64,000 nt of DNA from Vermamoeba vermiformis (GCA_045837725.1 JBEWZL010000292.1:1-64000), one strand, 5' to 3'. Shown: positions 24,833-39,387, numbered from the stretch's first letter. Translations and numbers: made by a program. The notes: a model not told the origin generated them from the letters alone.

Positions 24833-26899
24833 ATGCAAAATAGGACGGTTGCAACGACGTGGATCAAGCCCACGCAGCACGGGCAACCTCCAAAACCACG
24901 GTGCTCGCATGCTAGCACAGTAGTAGACAACAAACTATATATCAATGGTGGCTGGGGTGGTGGCGACAGATTCTTCAACGATATTCATATTTTTCAAGTT
25001 GGTAAGTCTTCATTCCTGCCCTCGCGTTAATTTCAATTTAATTCTGCTACATTATGCTTGAAAATACATACAATAATTATTAATATGCTTATGTGTGCTT
25101 TATTTGACCGATAAATTACGCCAAAACTCGTAACTAAAAATAACTCGATCCCAATACTGCTTCACACGGTCCTAAAATACACTCCCCATATATATGATGC
25201 ATATCACGACTACACGCGGCACTATTGTTGTTGGTAGCAGATCTAATGATATGCTGCAGACACAGGGGTGTGGAGTCAGCCCATCACCACGGGCACATCC
25301 AAAGCACGCGCAGGTCACTCGCTCGTGCCCATCGGCAACAAACTATATGCATTCGGAGGCTCGGACGGCAAGCACTTCTGCAATGACTTGCAAGTGCTGG
25401 ATCTAGGTGCGTGACACTTGTTCGAGTAACACAGCACTAACAGCGCGCAGAGACCATGGCCTGGAGCACACCACTCACCACTGGACCCGTGCCTGACCCG
25501 CGCTCGCGACACACCTGCACCGCACTGCACACGCGACTCGTGTTCATTGGGGGCGGCGATCAGTCGCGGCTGTTCAACGACGTGCACCTCTACGACAGCG
25601 AGACGCGCGAGTGGTCCCTGGTGCGCACCAAGGGCAAGGCACCGAGTGGGCGCTGGGGTCACTCCACCACCCTCGTCGACGCGAACAAGTTGTTTGTGTT
25701 CGGCGGACACGATGGCAAAGTGCGCTTGAACGACGTGTTCATCTTGCATCTCGGTGCGTATCTCCGCCCTGCCAAATATAGCAACTAACAGCACGTGACA
25801 GACACGATGACGTGGAGTCAGCCCGGCAAGAAGAAGAAGCGGCGCAACAGTTTGGGCAGCAGCGGCACTGTGACCTCGCCCGTGGAGGACACGACACATG
25901 TCAAACAGCCACCGCCACCACGGTACGTAGCACGTGATCACGTGACACACACACGTGTACTGACCACTAGTGCAGCGCGGGCCACACGATGAACATGATT
26001 GGTCGCAAGCTGATCATCTACGGCGGCGGTGATGGCAAGTCGCTGAATGACATGCACTACCTCAATGTGGACACCTTTCAGTGGTTTGAAATGGAGAGTG
26101 GCAATGTGCCAGAGCGATGTGCGCACACTGCTGACAACGCGGCCAACAACAGACTCGTCGTGTTTGGGGGCTCGAACGGCATCAAGACCTTCAACGACAT
26201 TTACGTGGTAACGATTGGTGCGTGACTGCTGGCACTGCTGGCACGTGACTGACTTCCTAATTAGGCAAACACAAACTGCGGAAAAATGGACGAAGAGCGT
26301 CACTGACCAAATCCGATCAGCCACTGAATCTCTCGGGCGAGATGAACAACACCAATGAAGTGACACCTGTCACTGAGCCACCTCCACCGCCCCCGCGTCC
26401 CTTGCCCCTCACGCTGGACTCCCCCGACAGCGAACAGAGTCACAAGCACACGGTGAGCTCACAGCGCGAGAAAGAGCTGTACGAGTGGCTGAGTGCGCAG
26501 GGACTGATCAAGTACTTCACACTCTTCTTCCGCGAAGAGCTCTGGCTCGATGTCGTGCCGCTGTTGACAGATGACATGTTGACGCAGCTCGGTGTCACTG
26601 ACTTCCGCGACCGACTGACACTGTTGCGACACATTGACACACTGCGACAAGTGTCAAACTCTAACTCGCACGAGAGTCGTGTTGACAGCTCAGTCTTGGA
26701 TGACATGTTGACACGTGTTGAACAACTGACACAAATGATGACCGATCACGTGACACTGTTGAAGACTGTCCCTTATCACGTGACACCTGTCAACAACAAT
26801 CACGTGGCTACTGTGAATGGACACACCAATCACGTGCCTGAAAAAGCGCATCGCGTCAACAGCTTTGATCAGTGGCCCACGTACACACCAAAGAGTTGA
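24833..26899 (+). CDS. Kelch-repeat protein with C-terminal SAM domain
   Basis: Repeated R..H..(F/Y)GG..ND kelch units; ELYEWLSAQGLIKYFTLFFREEL..LTDDMLTQLGV..DRLTLL (SAM). Confidence 0.85.
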
Positions 26900-26978
26900 C
26901 ACGTGTCAAACTGCTACTTGTACATAGACCCGTGTAAATATATCTGTAAATAGCGTACTTCCAGTCTTTTAGTTCTAT

Positions 26979-28401
26979 TCACAATTTCTTCGCGCGCTTT
27001 TTCTTCTCGGTCTTCTTTTTGACAGGTTTCTTGTTGACACGTGTCACCGATGATGCACTACGTTTGACACGCTCAAAGTCCTCGGAGGTGAGCTGAGCAC
27101 GCGATGCCACGCTGAGATCAGGCGCGAGATTGAGCTGTGCGAGTGTGTGCTCCATGTGCGCGGGCAGTGCGGCAGTGAAGTGCAGCATGGCACCTGTGAC
27201 TGGGTGTGTGAAGCACAACTCGCGTGCGTGCAGGTGTAGCTTTGACACGAGACTGTGTTCTTTCATGACACGTGTCACTGGTGCTGGCAGTCGGTCAGGG
27301 CTGTATCGTGCATCGCCAAATATGGCACAGTGGAGCACTGCAGCACAGTGCACGCGCAGTTGATGTGTGCGACCAGTGAACGGCCGCAGTGCCACGAGTG
27401 ACATGTGTCGCGCAGTGGTCAGCACGTCGTACTGTGTAGTGGCTTGTTTGACACCTGTCACTTGCGAGTCTGCGGGCACGACTCGGTCACTCAGTCGCAG
27501 CAAAGGTTTGTCAATGACACCTGTCATCTGCCTGTCAGTCAGTTAGCGCCGTTCTGCACCGAGAGCAGTGACGTACTTGGGCTGACCAATCAGCACGGCC
27601 CAGTACAGCCGCATCAGTTTGTGTTCAGACCACGTCGCGGCGAGTTGTTGGGCCACGCGACGACTGCGCGCCAACACCAGCACACCACTCGCGTGTTGAT
27701 CCTAAGCACCGCATCAGTACATGTTCATATAGCACATGCACACCTACCAATCGATGCACCAGGCGCGGAGTTGTTCCGTCGAATGCGAGTGCGGACAAAT
27801 AGCTCGCGAGGGAGTGCGTCAATTTGCTGCCGCCCTGCACAGAGAGACCCGGGGGCTTGTTGAGCACTATGATGTGTTCGTCGCGATACAGCACCCAGTC
27901 TCGTACGCGCGACACGACTGCGGCACTGAGCTCTGTCTCGCGCTGTGATTGGTCAGTACAAGCGAGGTCGGATCTGACTTACCGTGGGCTTAGCGACCTC
28001 GCTCTGTTGGAAATATGAAGGGAAGTGAATATATTGACCCTCATGTACGCGATTAGAGGACTCAATTCGATGTTTGACGCGGATCTTCGTCGTGTCAGAA
28101 ACAAAAATCTGTTACAAAATTCAACAATTTAGTCATACGATTCTCTGCATTGTATAATATCAACAGTGCATGTAGCTATTAATCTAAGAATTCTTGAAAT
28201 TGTTCCAGGCGCTACTCGAGCTCTTACCTTGCGCTTACGCAGCAGTTTCTGCACGAGTGAGTGCGGTACACGCGGGAAATGCAGTGCCAGCCAGCGATCA
28301 ATGCGCATGCCACTCTCATCACCTGCCACTCGAACACTGCTCGACTTGGCGGGGGCTTGCACCGTCAACCCGCGTACGAAGATACGTGTAAGCGAGGTCA
28401 T
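26979..28401 (-). CDS. RluA/C/D-family pseudouridine synthase with S4 domain
   Basis: GMRIDRWL (S4), LNKPPGLSVQGG, LVHRLD (catalytic Asp at exon join), TGRTHQLRVH, LHLHA. Confidence 0.9.
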
Positions 28402-28552
28402 ATTACACTACGCGCATCAATGATATCAACAGCAGTGGTACTGGCGCTAATAGTAGTGTGGAAAGATGAATGAATTTTATTTACAGCTGCAAGACTTTGT
28501 ACAACTGTTATTAATGAACATAAATAATAAGACGAGGGACCAGCGAACTCAC

Positions 28553-29455
28553 TTATTGTTGAGGAGTGTACACTGGTTGAATAGGGCGACCATATTGATC
28601 GACATAGTACACTGGAGCTTGGAATTGAGTGGCGTAGATCTGATCCATTTGAGGAGCAGGCATGTACGAGGGCATCACGTAGACAGGGGCTTGGGGAGTG
28701 GGGGTTTGAACAGGCTCGGGCACAGGAGCAACAGGGATCACAACTGCACTGCTAGAGGCCTCGCTCTCTGACTCCTCATCGGCACTCATTTCGAGTTGAT
28801 CTTGCTCTGAGAGGAAATTAGAACTGATGAATACAACCGTGCGATTATAATCATACCTAAGTAAGGTAATTCGTCCAATTGGCTAACCATCTTATTGGCA
28901 AGAACAATTGAGCGGATTTGGAGCCACCACAAGCAGATTTGATAAAGAGTTGAAGCAGCAACGAGGGTGATGAAAGCAGCAGATGAAATGTGAGTCTGGT
29001 TCAACAAGCTGTTGTATTGAGAGACAAATTGCTCGTGGTGAGCCATCGAGTAGCCAAAGAGACCGATGACGGCGGTGAGGAGCGCGACAACTGAAATGGC
29101 GACTAGAATTGATTGGACGATAGCGTAGAACTTCAAATGAGCTCTCTTTCTCTTGGCTGCACCGACAAAGCCCATAAAGAGCAAGCAAGTGTACAACAAA
29201 GAACCAATAAAGCCAAATCCGCCGAAGAGGACTTGCAAGAATGTAATAAACTAATAGAGTATTAGTTATTAAAATGTTATTAATTATAATATTATATAAC
29301 GATAAGGCGAATTGTAAATTCTCGTATCAATTACTATTACAATTTATGTCAAATCAAGAACTCACCATCAGCGTAATCAAAATCTTTTGAAGATCAACAC
29401 CGGTATAACCGGCCGCGTCTATGCGTTGACGTTGAAAGAATGCAGCACGTTCCAT
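28553..29455 (-). CDS. Hypothetical multi-pass (about 4 TM) membrane protein with Pro/Gln/Tyr-rich tail
   Basis: Hydrophobic segments in ORF 28786-29238; spliced N- and C-terminal exons. Confidence 0.6.
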
Positions 29456-29611
29456 GGTCTGAAGGAGCTGTGGTGTTGTTGGGTCTGTTTTACTTTTAAA
29501 ATTGAACTCGCACGCTCCGGCACTATTTGTTCAGCACGAGCACGTGACTACTATACATCACTCCGCTGCAATCCGCGAATATAACGGCACTATTGCGGAG
29601 GAGGACTGGTC

Positions 29612-30450
29612 ATGGAGGAGAGAGAGGTACCGAGCTTGAAGCACTGCTGCTTCGCTGCATTGTTGCGCGGATATGCAGCTGATTTCTCCGATATTTCAAC
29701 GGCTCAGTTTCCCCTCGCCCCTATACTCAGCAATATTATGAATGAGGACTTGCAGCAGTCGTTCTTTCAGTATTGTGTTGCGCAGCGGAGAATGAACGAC
29801 ACCTTGTTTCAGATCTTCGAGGAGAAGTGTCCGAATATTAAATATCAAACACAATTCATTCTCAAGTCATGCGACATCACGGATATAACACTGCACACTA
29901 TTCAAAATAATTTTTCAAATTTAAAAATATTGGATGTCTCTGGATGTGATGGCCTCACTCCAACAGGCTTCAACTGCTTGCCAGGTATCTTATAAAGCTT
30001 AAAATTGGATCGCTAATACCATATTTCCAATCAGCTCTTACCTCACTGACCGAACTGGATCTATCGAATACCGACATTACAGATGAGTCGTTGCGTGCCT
30101 TGTCAGGTCTGTTCATGTATTAAATATAAATATATTTATGTATGTCTAACGTACATGCAGTACTCACGTCACTGCACTCCCTCAATGTGCTGCACTGTCC
30201 TCAGATCAGCTACGCGGGAGTAGTGCCCCTGTTACTGGGTACGAGAATGCAAGCAGTAGATTGTCAGTGTACTAATATATATGTATATATGTATCTAGCA
30301 CTGAACGATGTCACTGACTTCAAGTGCGAGAGTGACAAACTCAGACCACAGCTGTACCGCGATGAAGAGCGCTATTACAAAGCAGATCCAGACGACGAGA
30401 GCGATGAGGACGAGGAGGAGGATGATGAAGAGGACGATGAGTTCATATAG
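29612..30450 (+). CDS. Leucine-rich-repeat (Cys-containing type) protein with acidic tail
   Basis: VPSLKHCC start; LKILDVSGCDGLT, LTELDLSNTDITDESL, LHSLNVLHCPQIS. Confidence 0.7.
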
Positions 30451-30881
30451 AGGGAGGTCATATAGAGCGAGGGCGCATTGTAACAATCAGCTTCGATGTC
30501 ACTCGTACAGTGCCTACTGATGCAGTGTGCTCGCAACAGACGCAGAGCTCAATGTGCCGTCAAATACGAGCTAGTCATGTGATGATGTAGCACTGCACAG
30601 TGTACGAATAAGAACTAGTCAGTGATGATATGTTGTTGTAGTGTACAAATAAGTGAGCCTAACAAGGTGCAACTAATAAATGTGAAGGTGCAGTAAGTTT
30701 TACCACTACATGCGCAGTACATACGTCCTAACGCGCACTACTGGAGTGCTCCAGTCCCTCGCCGTTCACTGAATGAATCACCGCACTGAACTGCACTGAT
30801 GACGTCATCGAATCTTGGTCATTTTATTTGTTACTGCGAGTTAACGAGCACTCATCACAGCGCACATATTTACAATATACC

Positions 30882-31367
30882 ATGGCCGTATTGTGGAAGT
30901 TAGTCACCCTCTACGGAGCAGCAGTGCATCTGTTCTACGTGTACATTATCTTCTTCCACAACAGCACGCGACATCTGGATCACAACACGGTGCCTTATCC
31001 ACTCGACTTCAAAGAGGATGAGTGGTTGTTAATGAACGATGTCCTGCGCATGACTGGTGCCACATATTTTGCGGTGGCGGTGCTGAATCTGATCTTGTTC
31101 TACTGCCACATTCCAGTGCCTCTAAAAATTGCCTTTGCACTCTACAATATTGTCAACTATGGTGCGAATTTTATGGTGTTTTTTGACCACTACATGAGCA
31201 GAATGACACGCTGGCGATACATCCGCACGCCAGCCATTCTGAATGCAGTGGGCGTGTTCTTAAATGTCCTGTCGCTATTAATAGCCGTGCTCGTCAACAC
31301 TTCCCTGCGCGCAGATGTGGAAGTCAGCGAGACTAAGAAGGACGAGCAGACGAAGAAAGAACAATAG
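30882..31367 (+). CDS. Hypothetical 4-TM membrane protein
   Basis: Single-exon ORF with four hydrophobic stretches. Confidence 0.6.
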   Translation: MAVLWKLVTLYGAAVHLFYVYIIFFHNSTRHLDHNTVPYPLDFKEDEWLLMNDVLRMTGATYFAVAVLNLILFYCHIPVPLKIAFALYNIVNYGANFMVFFDHYMSRMTRWRYIRTPAILNAVGVFLNVLSLLIAVLVNTSLRADVEVSETKKDEQTKKEQ

Positions 31368-31759
31368 AACTTGTAGCAATAAACGTGTATTATTACGAGC
31401 TGTAGTGTTACATTATATTGTAGTATATGGCCGCATTGTGCCTATTAACGCGATTACCACGTGAGAGCATTACTCTTGCTCAGAGGCTTGTAACGACCGA
31501 ATGTCATTTTTAACTGCAACAGCTACACAGCCGCAACAACTCGTGCTCAAATAGTAGTACGATATATATTGTAGTTGTATCATTAAGCGATACATATTGT
31601 GCAGCTGTGGTGATGGAAGCTGTAAGTTGAACTCCAAACAAATTGCAAAAAATATCCCAATAATTATTAATTATTCAAAGGCCATATATTTAATTCTTGC
31701 TATCAATTATTAATAGTAAAAATAAGGAGCAATCAGAGAAATATACAGGAACGGATCAT

Positions 31760-32808
31760 ATGGATCTGCAGCCAACCAACACAGAACAAACCAATGAAAG
31801 CACGAGTCAGACCACTAAGGTACTAACCGCAGAAGAGTTGGAGGCTAAGCGACTGAAGAAAGAAGAAAAGAAGCGGATCAAAGAGGAACAACGCCGCGAC
31901 CACTGGAAGAAGAAGCGCAAAGACGAGAAGGCACGTCGCAAAGAGAACAGAAAGCGCAAGATTGAAGAGCTGAAGGAACAGGGCCTTGATCCCACCACAC
32001 ATCTCAAGAAACGGCGCAAAAAGGACACGATTGAATTCGATCCACAACGAGTGGCGATAGATCTGGACTTTGAGGCGCAAATGAGCGACAAAGACATTCG
32101 CAAGCTCGCCAATCAACTGCGCAACGGCTACGGCAGCAACATGCGCATGGAGAGGCCACTCACACTCTACTTCACTTCCTTCAAAGGTATGGCGGTGTCT
32201 TCAAAGGCACGTGTCACGCTGACCACTCGTGTCAACTAACATTTCCTAATTAGGCAAAGTGGCCGCACAAGTCGCCAACAACGAGGGCTGGGAGCACTGG
32301 TCAGTGCAGCGACGCGAAGAGCCCTGGTGGGAGGTGTTTGAGCTGTCGAGTGTGGTGTATCTGTCGAGCGAGGGCGAGAGTGAGTTGGAGACGCTAGATC
32401 CGAGCAAGGTGTACATCATTGGTGGCCTGGTCGATCACAATCAGCACAAGGGTCTCACGCACCGATTGGCCACGCAGCGCGGTGTGGTCACGCAACGACT
32501 GCCCATCGACAAGTACTTGACTCTCGACTCGCGCAAGGTGCTCACTGTCAATCAAGGTAAGTCACAGTTTGACACGTGTCATTTGCTGACGTAGAGCAGT
32601 GTTTGACATCTTGGCGGGATTTCAACGGACCAAGGACTGGGCCCAGGCACTCGAAGAAATCATTCCCAAGCGCAAAGGTGTGCATAAGAAGGAAGAGGAC
32701 CAGAGTGCGAGTGATGAGGGCGAGGACAAGTCACGTGATCAGAATTCAGTGAACCAAACTGATTCAGTGAACGAGAACAACACGAGCAATAACACGAACA
32801 CCATGTAA
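31760..32808 (+). CDS. TRM10: tRNA (guanine-N1)-methyltransferase Trm10/TRMT10A
   Basis: VAIDLDFE..MSDKDIRKLANQL..YGSN, VYLSSE, KVYIIGGLVDHN, RLPI..KVLTVNQV..IIPKRK. Confidence 0.92.
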
Positions 32809-33107
32809 TTATGTGCATAGCGAGTAAATACAATCTATCTATGTCCTGACCACTGATTACTACTCCCTATTAATAACCGGCACATCAATATTTTATCCGG
32901 CTGCAAGTCGGTCTCGATGCAAAGCGTAATTTTCAGCTCGGAATTTCCTTGCCAGGCGAACAAAAAATCTAGTTTCGAACAGACACACTCGTGTTGTAGT
33001 GCTCACAACGAACAATACGCATATAGTGAGCTATTTAGGTGCAGAGCTCTTTGATAGCGCAGACAAAACGAGTTTAAACAGCAGAAACTAAAGATCGATT
33101 AATTACC

Positions 33108-34911
33108 ATGGCCAAGTTAGAAGATAGAAGCTGGGAGCAAGTCCAAATTAAGGTATATTAATATTGCATTCAATACACATATAAAGTGTATTATTCGATT
33201 TTTAACCGATTTATTTAAATTTTTTCAATATTTATAAATAGAAAAACTGGGTTATGCTGCTTCACGAGCCAATAATTACATGTTAATAAAGCATCACTAT
33301 CATTAACAATTACGCCAGGCATTTACTCATTGGGTGAACGGCGTGTTGGAAAAAAGAAGATTACACATTGAAAAGCTCGATCAAGATTTTCGCGATGGGC
33401 AGCTGCTCGTTGCATTCGTCGAGGAGTTGGTCGGTGCACCACTCAAAGAGAAATATCGCAAGAACCCGACCTCGCGTGTACACATGATCGAGAACTGTCA
33501 CTTGGCGATCATGTTCTTGAAGAAAGACCACAGCATTAAGAACCTGTCTATCAGCGCTGAAGATATCGCTGACGGCAATATGAAAATGTTATTAGGCTTC
33601 TTGTGGCAGCTCTTCCGCGTATTCCGCATCTCAAAGGCGGTTGCTGGCGCTGAGAGTAAGTGGAGTTATTTCGCTACAATAAGGCTAGTATTTAATATGA
33701 ATGTTGCAAATAGACAAGTCTTACGAAGAGGGTCTATTGATGTGGGTGCGTCAGACCTTGGCGAACTATTCAGATCTCAACATTCGCGACTTTTCTAGCA
33801 GGTGAGTAATGCTTAATACTCATTGAGAATATACGCGCATATTACTGACCTATCGCACAGCTTTGCAGACGGTAAAGCATTCTTAGCGCTGATCCACGAG
33901 TTCGACAAGAGCTTGGTGGAGTACAGCCAGTACAACAAAGAGGAGCGCGAAGTGAATGTAGAGGCAGCATTCAAACTCGCTGAAGACAAGCTGCACATCC
34001 CTCGCTTGTTGGAGGTGAAGCAAGTCGCTTCTGAGAAGGCTGATGAGCGCAGCGTGCAGCTCTACGTCTCCATGTTCTTGAACGCATTCCAGATCCAGGC
34101 CGAGAAGAGCAAGTTGTTGGCAGACAAGGGCGCTATTGGCTCCGCACTCAAGGACATGGAAGCCAAGCTGGCCATGGAAGAGAGCGAGAAGGAAGAGATC
34201 AAGCGACAGCGCGCTGACCTCGATCACCGCGTGCACGACTTGGAGACACAACTGCGCGAGGAGAAGAAGCAGCACGAAGAGACGAACAAGCGCAACAAAT
34301 TGGAGCTGGACGAACTGCGCGCGCAAGTGAACAGCTTGAAGGAGAACGAGACCTATTTGAACGAGAAGGTGAATGTGTTGAAGCAGATGTTGGACAAGGA
34401 GACCGAAGAGAAGACGGAGATTGAGGCACTCAAAGAGAGCATGGAGCGTGAACTCGCCAAGCTGCGCGCTGAAAAAGAACAGTGGGCCAAGGAGCGCGAG
34501 GGACTGCAAGACGAGCGCGATGCCTTCGAACAGGACTTGAAGGACATGCGCGATCAACTCGAGCTGTTGAAGCGCACCAAAGAGAAGTTGGAGACCAAGA
34601 CGAAGAGTCGCGTGGACTTGGAGGGCCGCGGACTGGACACACTGCGCAAGAACTTGTTGGAGCACTTGAAGGACATGAACACGTGGAAGGGCTATTTGGA
34701 GCAAGATCGCGAATACGACTCGGAGAAGGTGCAAGCCAAGGCCGAGAAAGAAATCATCACGCTGGCCTTTGAAGATCAGCTCGAGTTCTTGAGTGGCGCA
34801 CTCGCCGATGAGAACAAGCGACTGCACGCCCTGTTGGAGGACCACGAGGCTGAAGAGGCTGAGAAGAAGAAGCAGTTGGCGCAAGAAGCCAAGGCCAACA
34901 ACACTGCTTAA
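33108..34911 (+). CDS. Cortexillin (tandem CH actin-binding domain + long coiled coil)
   Basis: WEQVQIK/AFTHWVNGVL, ISAEDIADGN, DGKAFLALIH, DERSVQLYVS, coiled coil, C-terminal LRKNLLEHLKDMNTW. Confidence 0.8.
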
Positions 34912-35081
34912 CGAGCACGTGATTTGTACACATTTGTTATTTGTTAAATTATTTAATCTTTGTTTTATTTTGGCTGACCTGTGTGGTTGATCATCCCTAT
35001 CAATACTCCACTGTACACTACATTGCACGAGTGAGTTCTGCTCCCCCGTGCTCGATAACTGCATTATATACAAAGCTGCCT

Positions 35082-36215
35082 TCACTCATCGGCATTGCCT
35101 CCCGAGCCCTCCAACAGACTAGCCAGCAGATCTTTGGGATATTCCGCACCACGCACGCGCAGAGTGAAGCAAACATTCTCAACTTTGAGCAGACTGGTCT
35201 TCATCACTTCAATCTTGTCGTCCATGTCCTTGCCACCCTGACCGAGCGATGCGAACACTGGCGCGCAGGTGAGTGATTGACACGTGTCAAACAGCGACTC
35301 TTACCGTTGTACACTTGTTGCAGGAATTGATACACTTCAAAACAGACTTCTTGCTCGCCACTCGCCACTGAATTCACGCAATACTGTGTGACAGGTGTCA
35401 GAATTAATGCAAACATTGTGACAGCTGTCAAATACGCACCCGCATCAATTCGCCCGTCAAATCAGCAATGCCCAAGAGATAGTCGCGCAGTGAAAAAAAG
35501 AAATTGACACCTGTCTGATCCTGCAAATGACACGTGTCAGTTCCTCCGACAGCACGTGACAGCCCTTACCTTAATAGGCAACAGATCGAGCACATCTTGC
35601 AGCAGTTGTTGCGGTGTGATGAGCTGCCGCGTGAGCAGATAGTGCAAGAAGGAGGCAGCTTCAATGTACTCCTGCAGGCCAGGACTGAAGGCGCGCTGAT
35701 AGCGGTAGTACGGCTCGCTGCCCAGCTCTTCGATCACGCGCACAATGTTCTCGCGCACACTCTTCAGCGACTCACTCGCTTGTTGCTGGATCTCCTCTTC
35801 CGACTGACTGCTGATGCGGTGCAACAAGAAGATGAGTCGTTTGCTGCCAATCGTAATGTCGCGCGATAGCTTCACTAGTCTCTCCAAGCGATCATTCTGT
35901 GCACGGTCAGATGTAGGTCTTAATTTAGATCGCACGCCAAATTAATGATTCAATACAGTCCCTTACCACTGCGTCGTATTGTTGCGAATATAGTCTGAAT
36001 TTCTTGACTATCTCGCTCTCGTTCTCTTTGACGGGCGTGTTCTTGCGTGTATTTCGCACAAAGTCTCCGCGATTTTTGCGCTTATTATTCGCAGTGCTAT
36101 TGTCTAGTTTGGGTGAAGTGTCGCCTATTTCTGTTGAGTGATGAATATTTAAAATTAATTAAGGTCATTTACACAGATCTTTCAACTTCCCAAAGTCTTT
36201 ACCTTCGTTGTCCAT
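35082..36215 (-). CDS. TSNAX: Translin-associated factor X (TRAX)
   Basis: ERLVKLSRDITIGSKRLIFLLHR, FSPGLQEYIEA, DYLLGIADLTGELMR, KVENVCFTLRVRGAE. Confidence 0.9.
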
Positions 36216-36367
36216 AACGCTATATGTTTGTAAAATAGTTCGTAGAATAGTTCGTCTAAGTGTTACACGTGCTTAGTCTCGTGTTCAACAAACAACTGCG
36301 TGCGAATAAATTATTAGTTAGTATTTTTTGTCCGATCTGAACAACAGAGCTTTTGGTGTCCATAAAA

Positions 36368-37422
36368 ATGTTGCGGAGATTAGGACTGGCTTTAAAGAGC
36401 ACATATGATCAATATAAGCCGCGTTATTCGTTGGGAGAAAGTAAGCGGATCGTGCCTCGATTGCGTAATAATGATGTAACGCAATTATTTTCTTAGTATT
36501 TCAGGCCAAACACATCTTCAAAGAGGAGCCCAAAGTGCCCAAAATGTTGTTCAGCTTTAATACGCCACACGACATCAGCAAGTGGCAAGTGCTGTGCGAT
36601 CGCGATGTCGGAGGTACGTGCGAGTGAGTTGCATGCAAGTGCACGTTGTAAATGTATTCACAGGCTTCTCAAATGCGACATTCACGCTCAAGAATGGCGT
36701 TGGTAAGTCAGATCTGGATCGCAGTTCTGAACTCACTTGACACGTGCTAGGTGTATTTGAAGGCACATTAGACACACGTACCAATCCTCAACTCGAGAAT
36801 ATGCGCAAGAGTGGCTATGCGGCCATCAAATCACCCGAATTTGAACCACTGCTGAATCTGGGTGGCTACACAGGTCTCGAGCTGCGCGTGCGTACTGATG
36901 AGCGCATCTACGTCGCACAACTGAAGAACGCGCGGCTGAGTGAAGACGATTTGTTTCAGACCGTGCTGCCCGTGCAGAGCAACAAGGCTGAGTTCCCACT
37001 GACTGCAGCACGCGTGAGTGAGGCCATTCAATACGAGCACGAGGACTACAAGAACGAGCTCAAGAACCGCGCCAAACAACTGCGCGGCGAGACTGTCACG
37101 CCCAGCACGGAGAGCACTGTCTCGAGTCCTGCAAGTAGCGGACAGTTGAGCGAGTGGTCAGATCTACGTCCCATTCGACAGCTTTGTGCTCACGTGGCGC
37201 GGGTACATTGAAATGACACAGCTGGTGGCACGTGTCACCCAACAGAGCTCACGGCGCGGTGAGACAGCAGTAGACCCTGAACGCATTGCGTCACTGGGCC
37301 TGTTGATGGCTGAACGACGCAGTGGTCCGTTCCGCGTGGAGATTGAGTGGATCCGCGCAGTGACTGAGCGCATGGTGACACCGACCACCGCACCGAGCAC
37401 TGGACGATACACCGCTGAATAG
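36368..37422 (+). CDS. NDUFAF1: Complex I assembly factor CIA30/NDUFAF1
   Basis: KWQVLCDRDVGGFS, GVFEGTL, SGYAAIKS, LELRVRTDER, GPFRVEIEWIRA. Confidence 0.85.
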
Positions 37423-37492
37423 GACTTGTAATATATATAGAGAGGCAGACAGTTAAATAGTATATAAATAATTTATTCACAAAAAACACCCC

Positions 37493-38003
37493 TTAGACGA
37501 CATAAGGGTTCTTACGCTTCTCTTGGAAGTACAACTGCACGTAGCGGATGGTGCACAGGAAGAAACAGCCGCCGTAGAATGCTGCCGTGTAGTAGCACGT
37601 TGCCGCGTAGGTGCGTGCTTCGTCTGGCGTCATGTCGCCTGCTCCGAGACGTGAATATTGACCGGGGTAGAATATGAGTGCCAATATAATCTGTGGACAT
37701 TAAATCAATATTAAGTGCTGTTGATCATCGCTGGTGCGTTACGAGGTGCTAGATCTGACAAATATCGTAATAACCGTTGCAAGTTAAATTATTTGAAGCC
37801 TAAAAATCGTCAACAACATATAAATACTCACCAACATAAATACTGAGCAGCATGAGAAGGACAAATAGCAAAGAGAGCCTATGACAATTCCGAATCAATA
37901 ATTTGTATTTTATGATTATTATTAGTTAATTCCTTGCGCTGTTTAAGAATAAATATAAATGATAAATTTACTTACAACCAGGACCGATAGGATTAGACAC
38001 CAT
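37493..38003 (-). CDS. Small 2-TM protein resembling RNASEK / V-ATPase subunit f
   Basis: MVSNPIGPGC..VFML..LALIF..AATCYYTAAFY pattern resembles the RNASEK family; 3 exons. Confidence 0.55.
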
Positions 38004-38288
38004 TTTGTATTTTAATTATATTTGTAGATTTGGATCGGATTTAACACAACGCACTACGGAACAGTAAAGCACTTTTGTTAATTAAATGTCCGCTGTGTTA
38101 GTGTCGGCAATATAGAGAACATACAGCTCTGTGTTCGCTGGACTTTTCGTGTGCGAGTTCCTTGGCGTTATTTATACTGCCTCCCTAAAATCAAAGGGAG
38201 GAAATCGGTGAAATTTCAGTGAGACCAGCCAGTACGCAGAAGTAGTGTTGCATATGATACAAGGGTTTATTTACAAGTGATAACTGCA

Positions 38289-39308
38289 TTAGTCTTGAAT
38301 CCAGTGCAAGAACAGTAATCCGAACGAGAGCAGCAGCAAGAACAGCAGCACGAAGATCCTGAAGTCCACACCGCGTTGACTGGCTTTGACCAGCTCTTTG
38401 TTGCCACGTGCCACACTCTTGCGCGCATCAATCGCGTGCTTGGTGATCTGGTGGATGTTGTCTTTCTGCTTCATCAAGTTCTCTGACAGGATCTGATGTG
38501 CTTGCGAGATGGCCACCACTTGCGTCTCGACCTCGCGCACCTGATCGACCATGTCATCGAGCTCTTTCTGCAGCACGACATTCTCTTTCAACAACTCGCG
38601 CGTCAGATCCTCACTCAGCTCCAGCTCGGCCACATTCAGCGACTCGCCTTGTATGGCGGGGATGTTCATCGTCTTGGGCTCGCTGCGTACTATTAATATA
38701 GACCCTACAGCTGTGGCTAGCGACTTACGGCGTGAGAGCAGCTTGTGCCATCTGCTGTTCAAATCTGAGAATTCTTTGCTTGGTGAGTCGTTCTGACACG
38801 TGCTCCAAGTAGTCAGCGAGGTGATACAATATGCCCTGATTGTGCGCAATCACATTGGGATTGCTATGCGCCTCTGTCTGCACTGCCAGCGAAGAGCAGT
38901 TAATACTCAGCAATGTTACTGCGGCAGATCCAGATCTCACCTAATATCTTGCGTATTTGATTGAGTCGCTGATTAGTCTCGCTGATATACAGCTGTGCCT
39001 CACGGTCAATCTCATCGCGGTCTCGTTCAGTGAGTTCATTGCCCTTGCTGAGACTGTGGCCAATATTCAAGTATTTATGACGATTATCTTCTAGAAATTT
39101 TTCAAATGTCTTGATGCTCTCATACTAGCGGTGTGGTAGTTAATATACATGCACATTAATTAAAAATAAATTATTTGCGCACCACTTCGTAGCAAGACTT
39201 TTGAAATTGCGTCGCGGGGTTGCTTGGCTTCAAGATCTGCTTCTTGCTCTGTTTCAGCTGACTGTGTTGCTGCAGACACTCGCGCCACACCGTGTTGGTT
39301 AGGTCCAT
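38289..39308 (-). CDS. STX18: Syntaxin 18 / Ufe1-like Qa-SNARE
   Basis: MDLT start, LTERDRDEID, SNARE helix ending GNKELVKA, C-terminal TM LLFLHW. Confidence 0.8.
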
Positions 39309-39387
39309 ATGTATTCAGTGCCTAGTGTGGTCTTGTCAACAAAATTACTAATATTTTAGTCCAGATCTTGACAACGTCAGCAAGAAC

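Noticed and set aside
33883-35085. 400-aa minus-strand ORF
   Set aside because: Antisense shadow of the codon-biased cortexillin coiled coil; the same applies to most overlapping ORFs in the track
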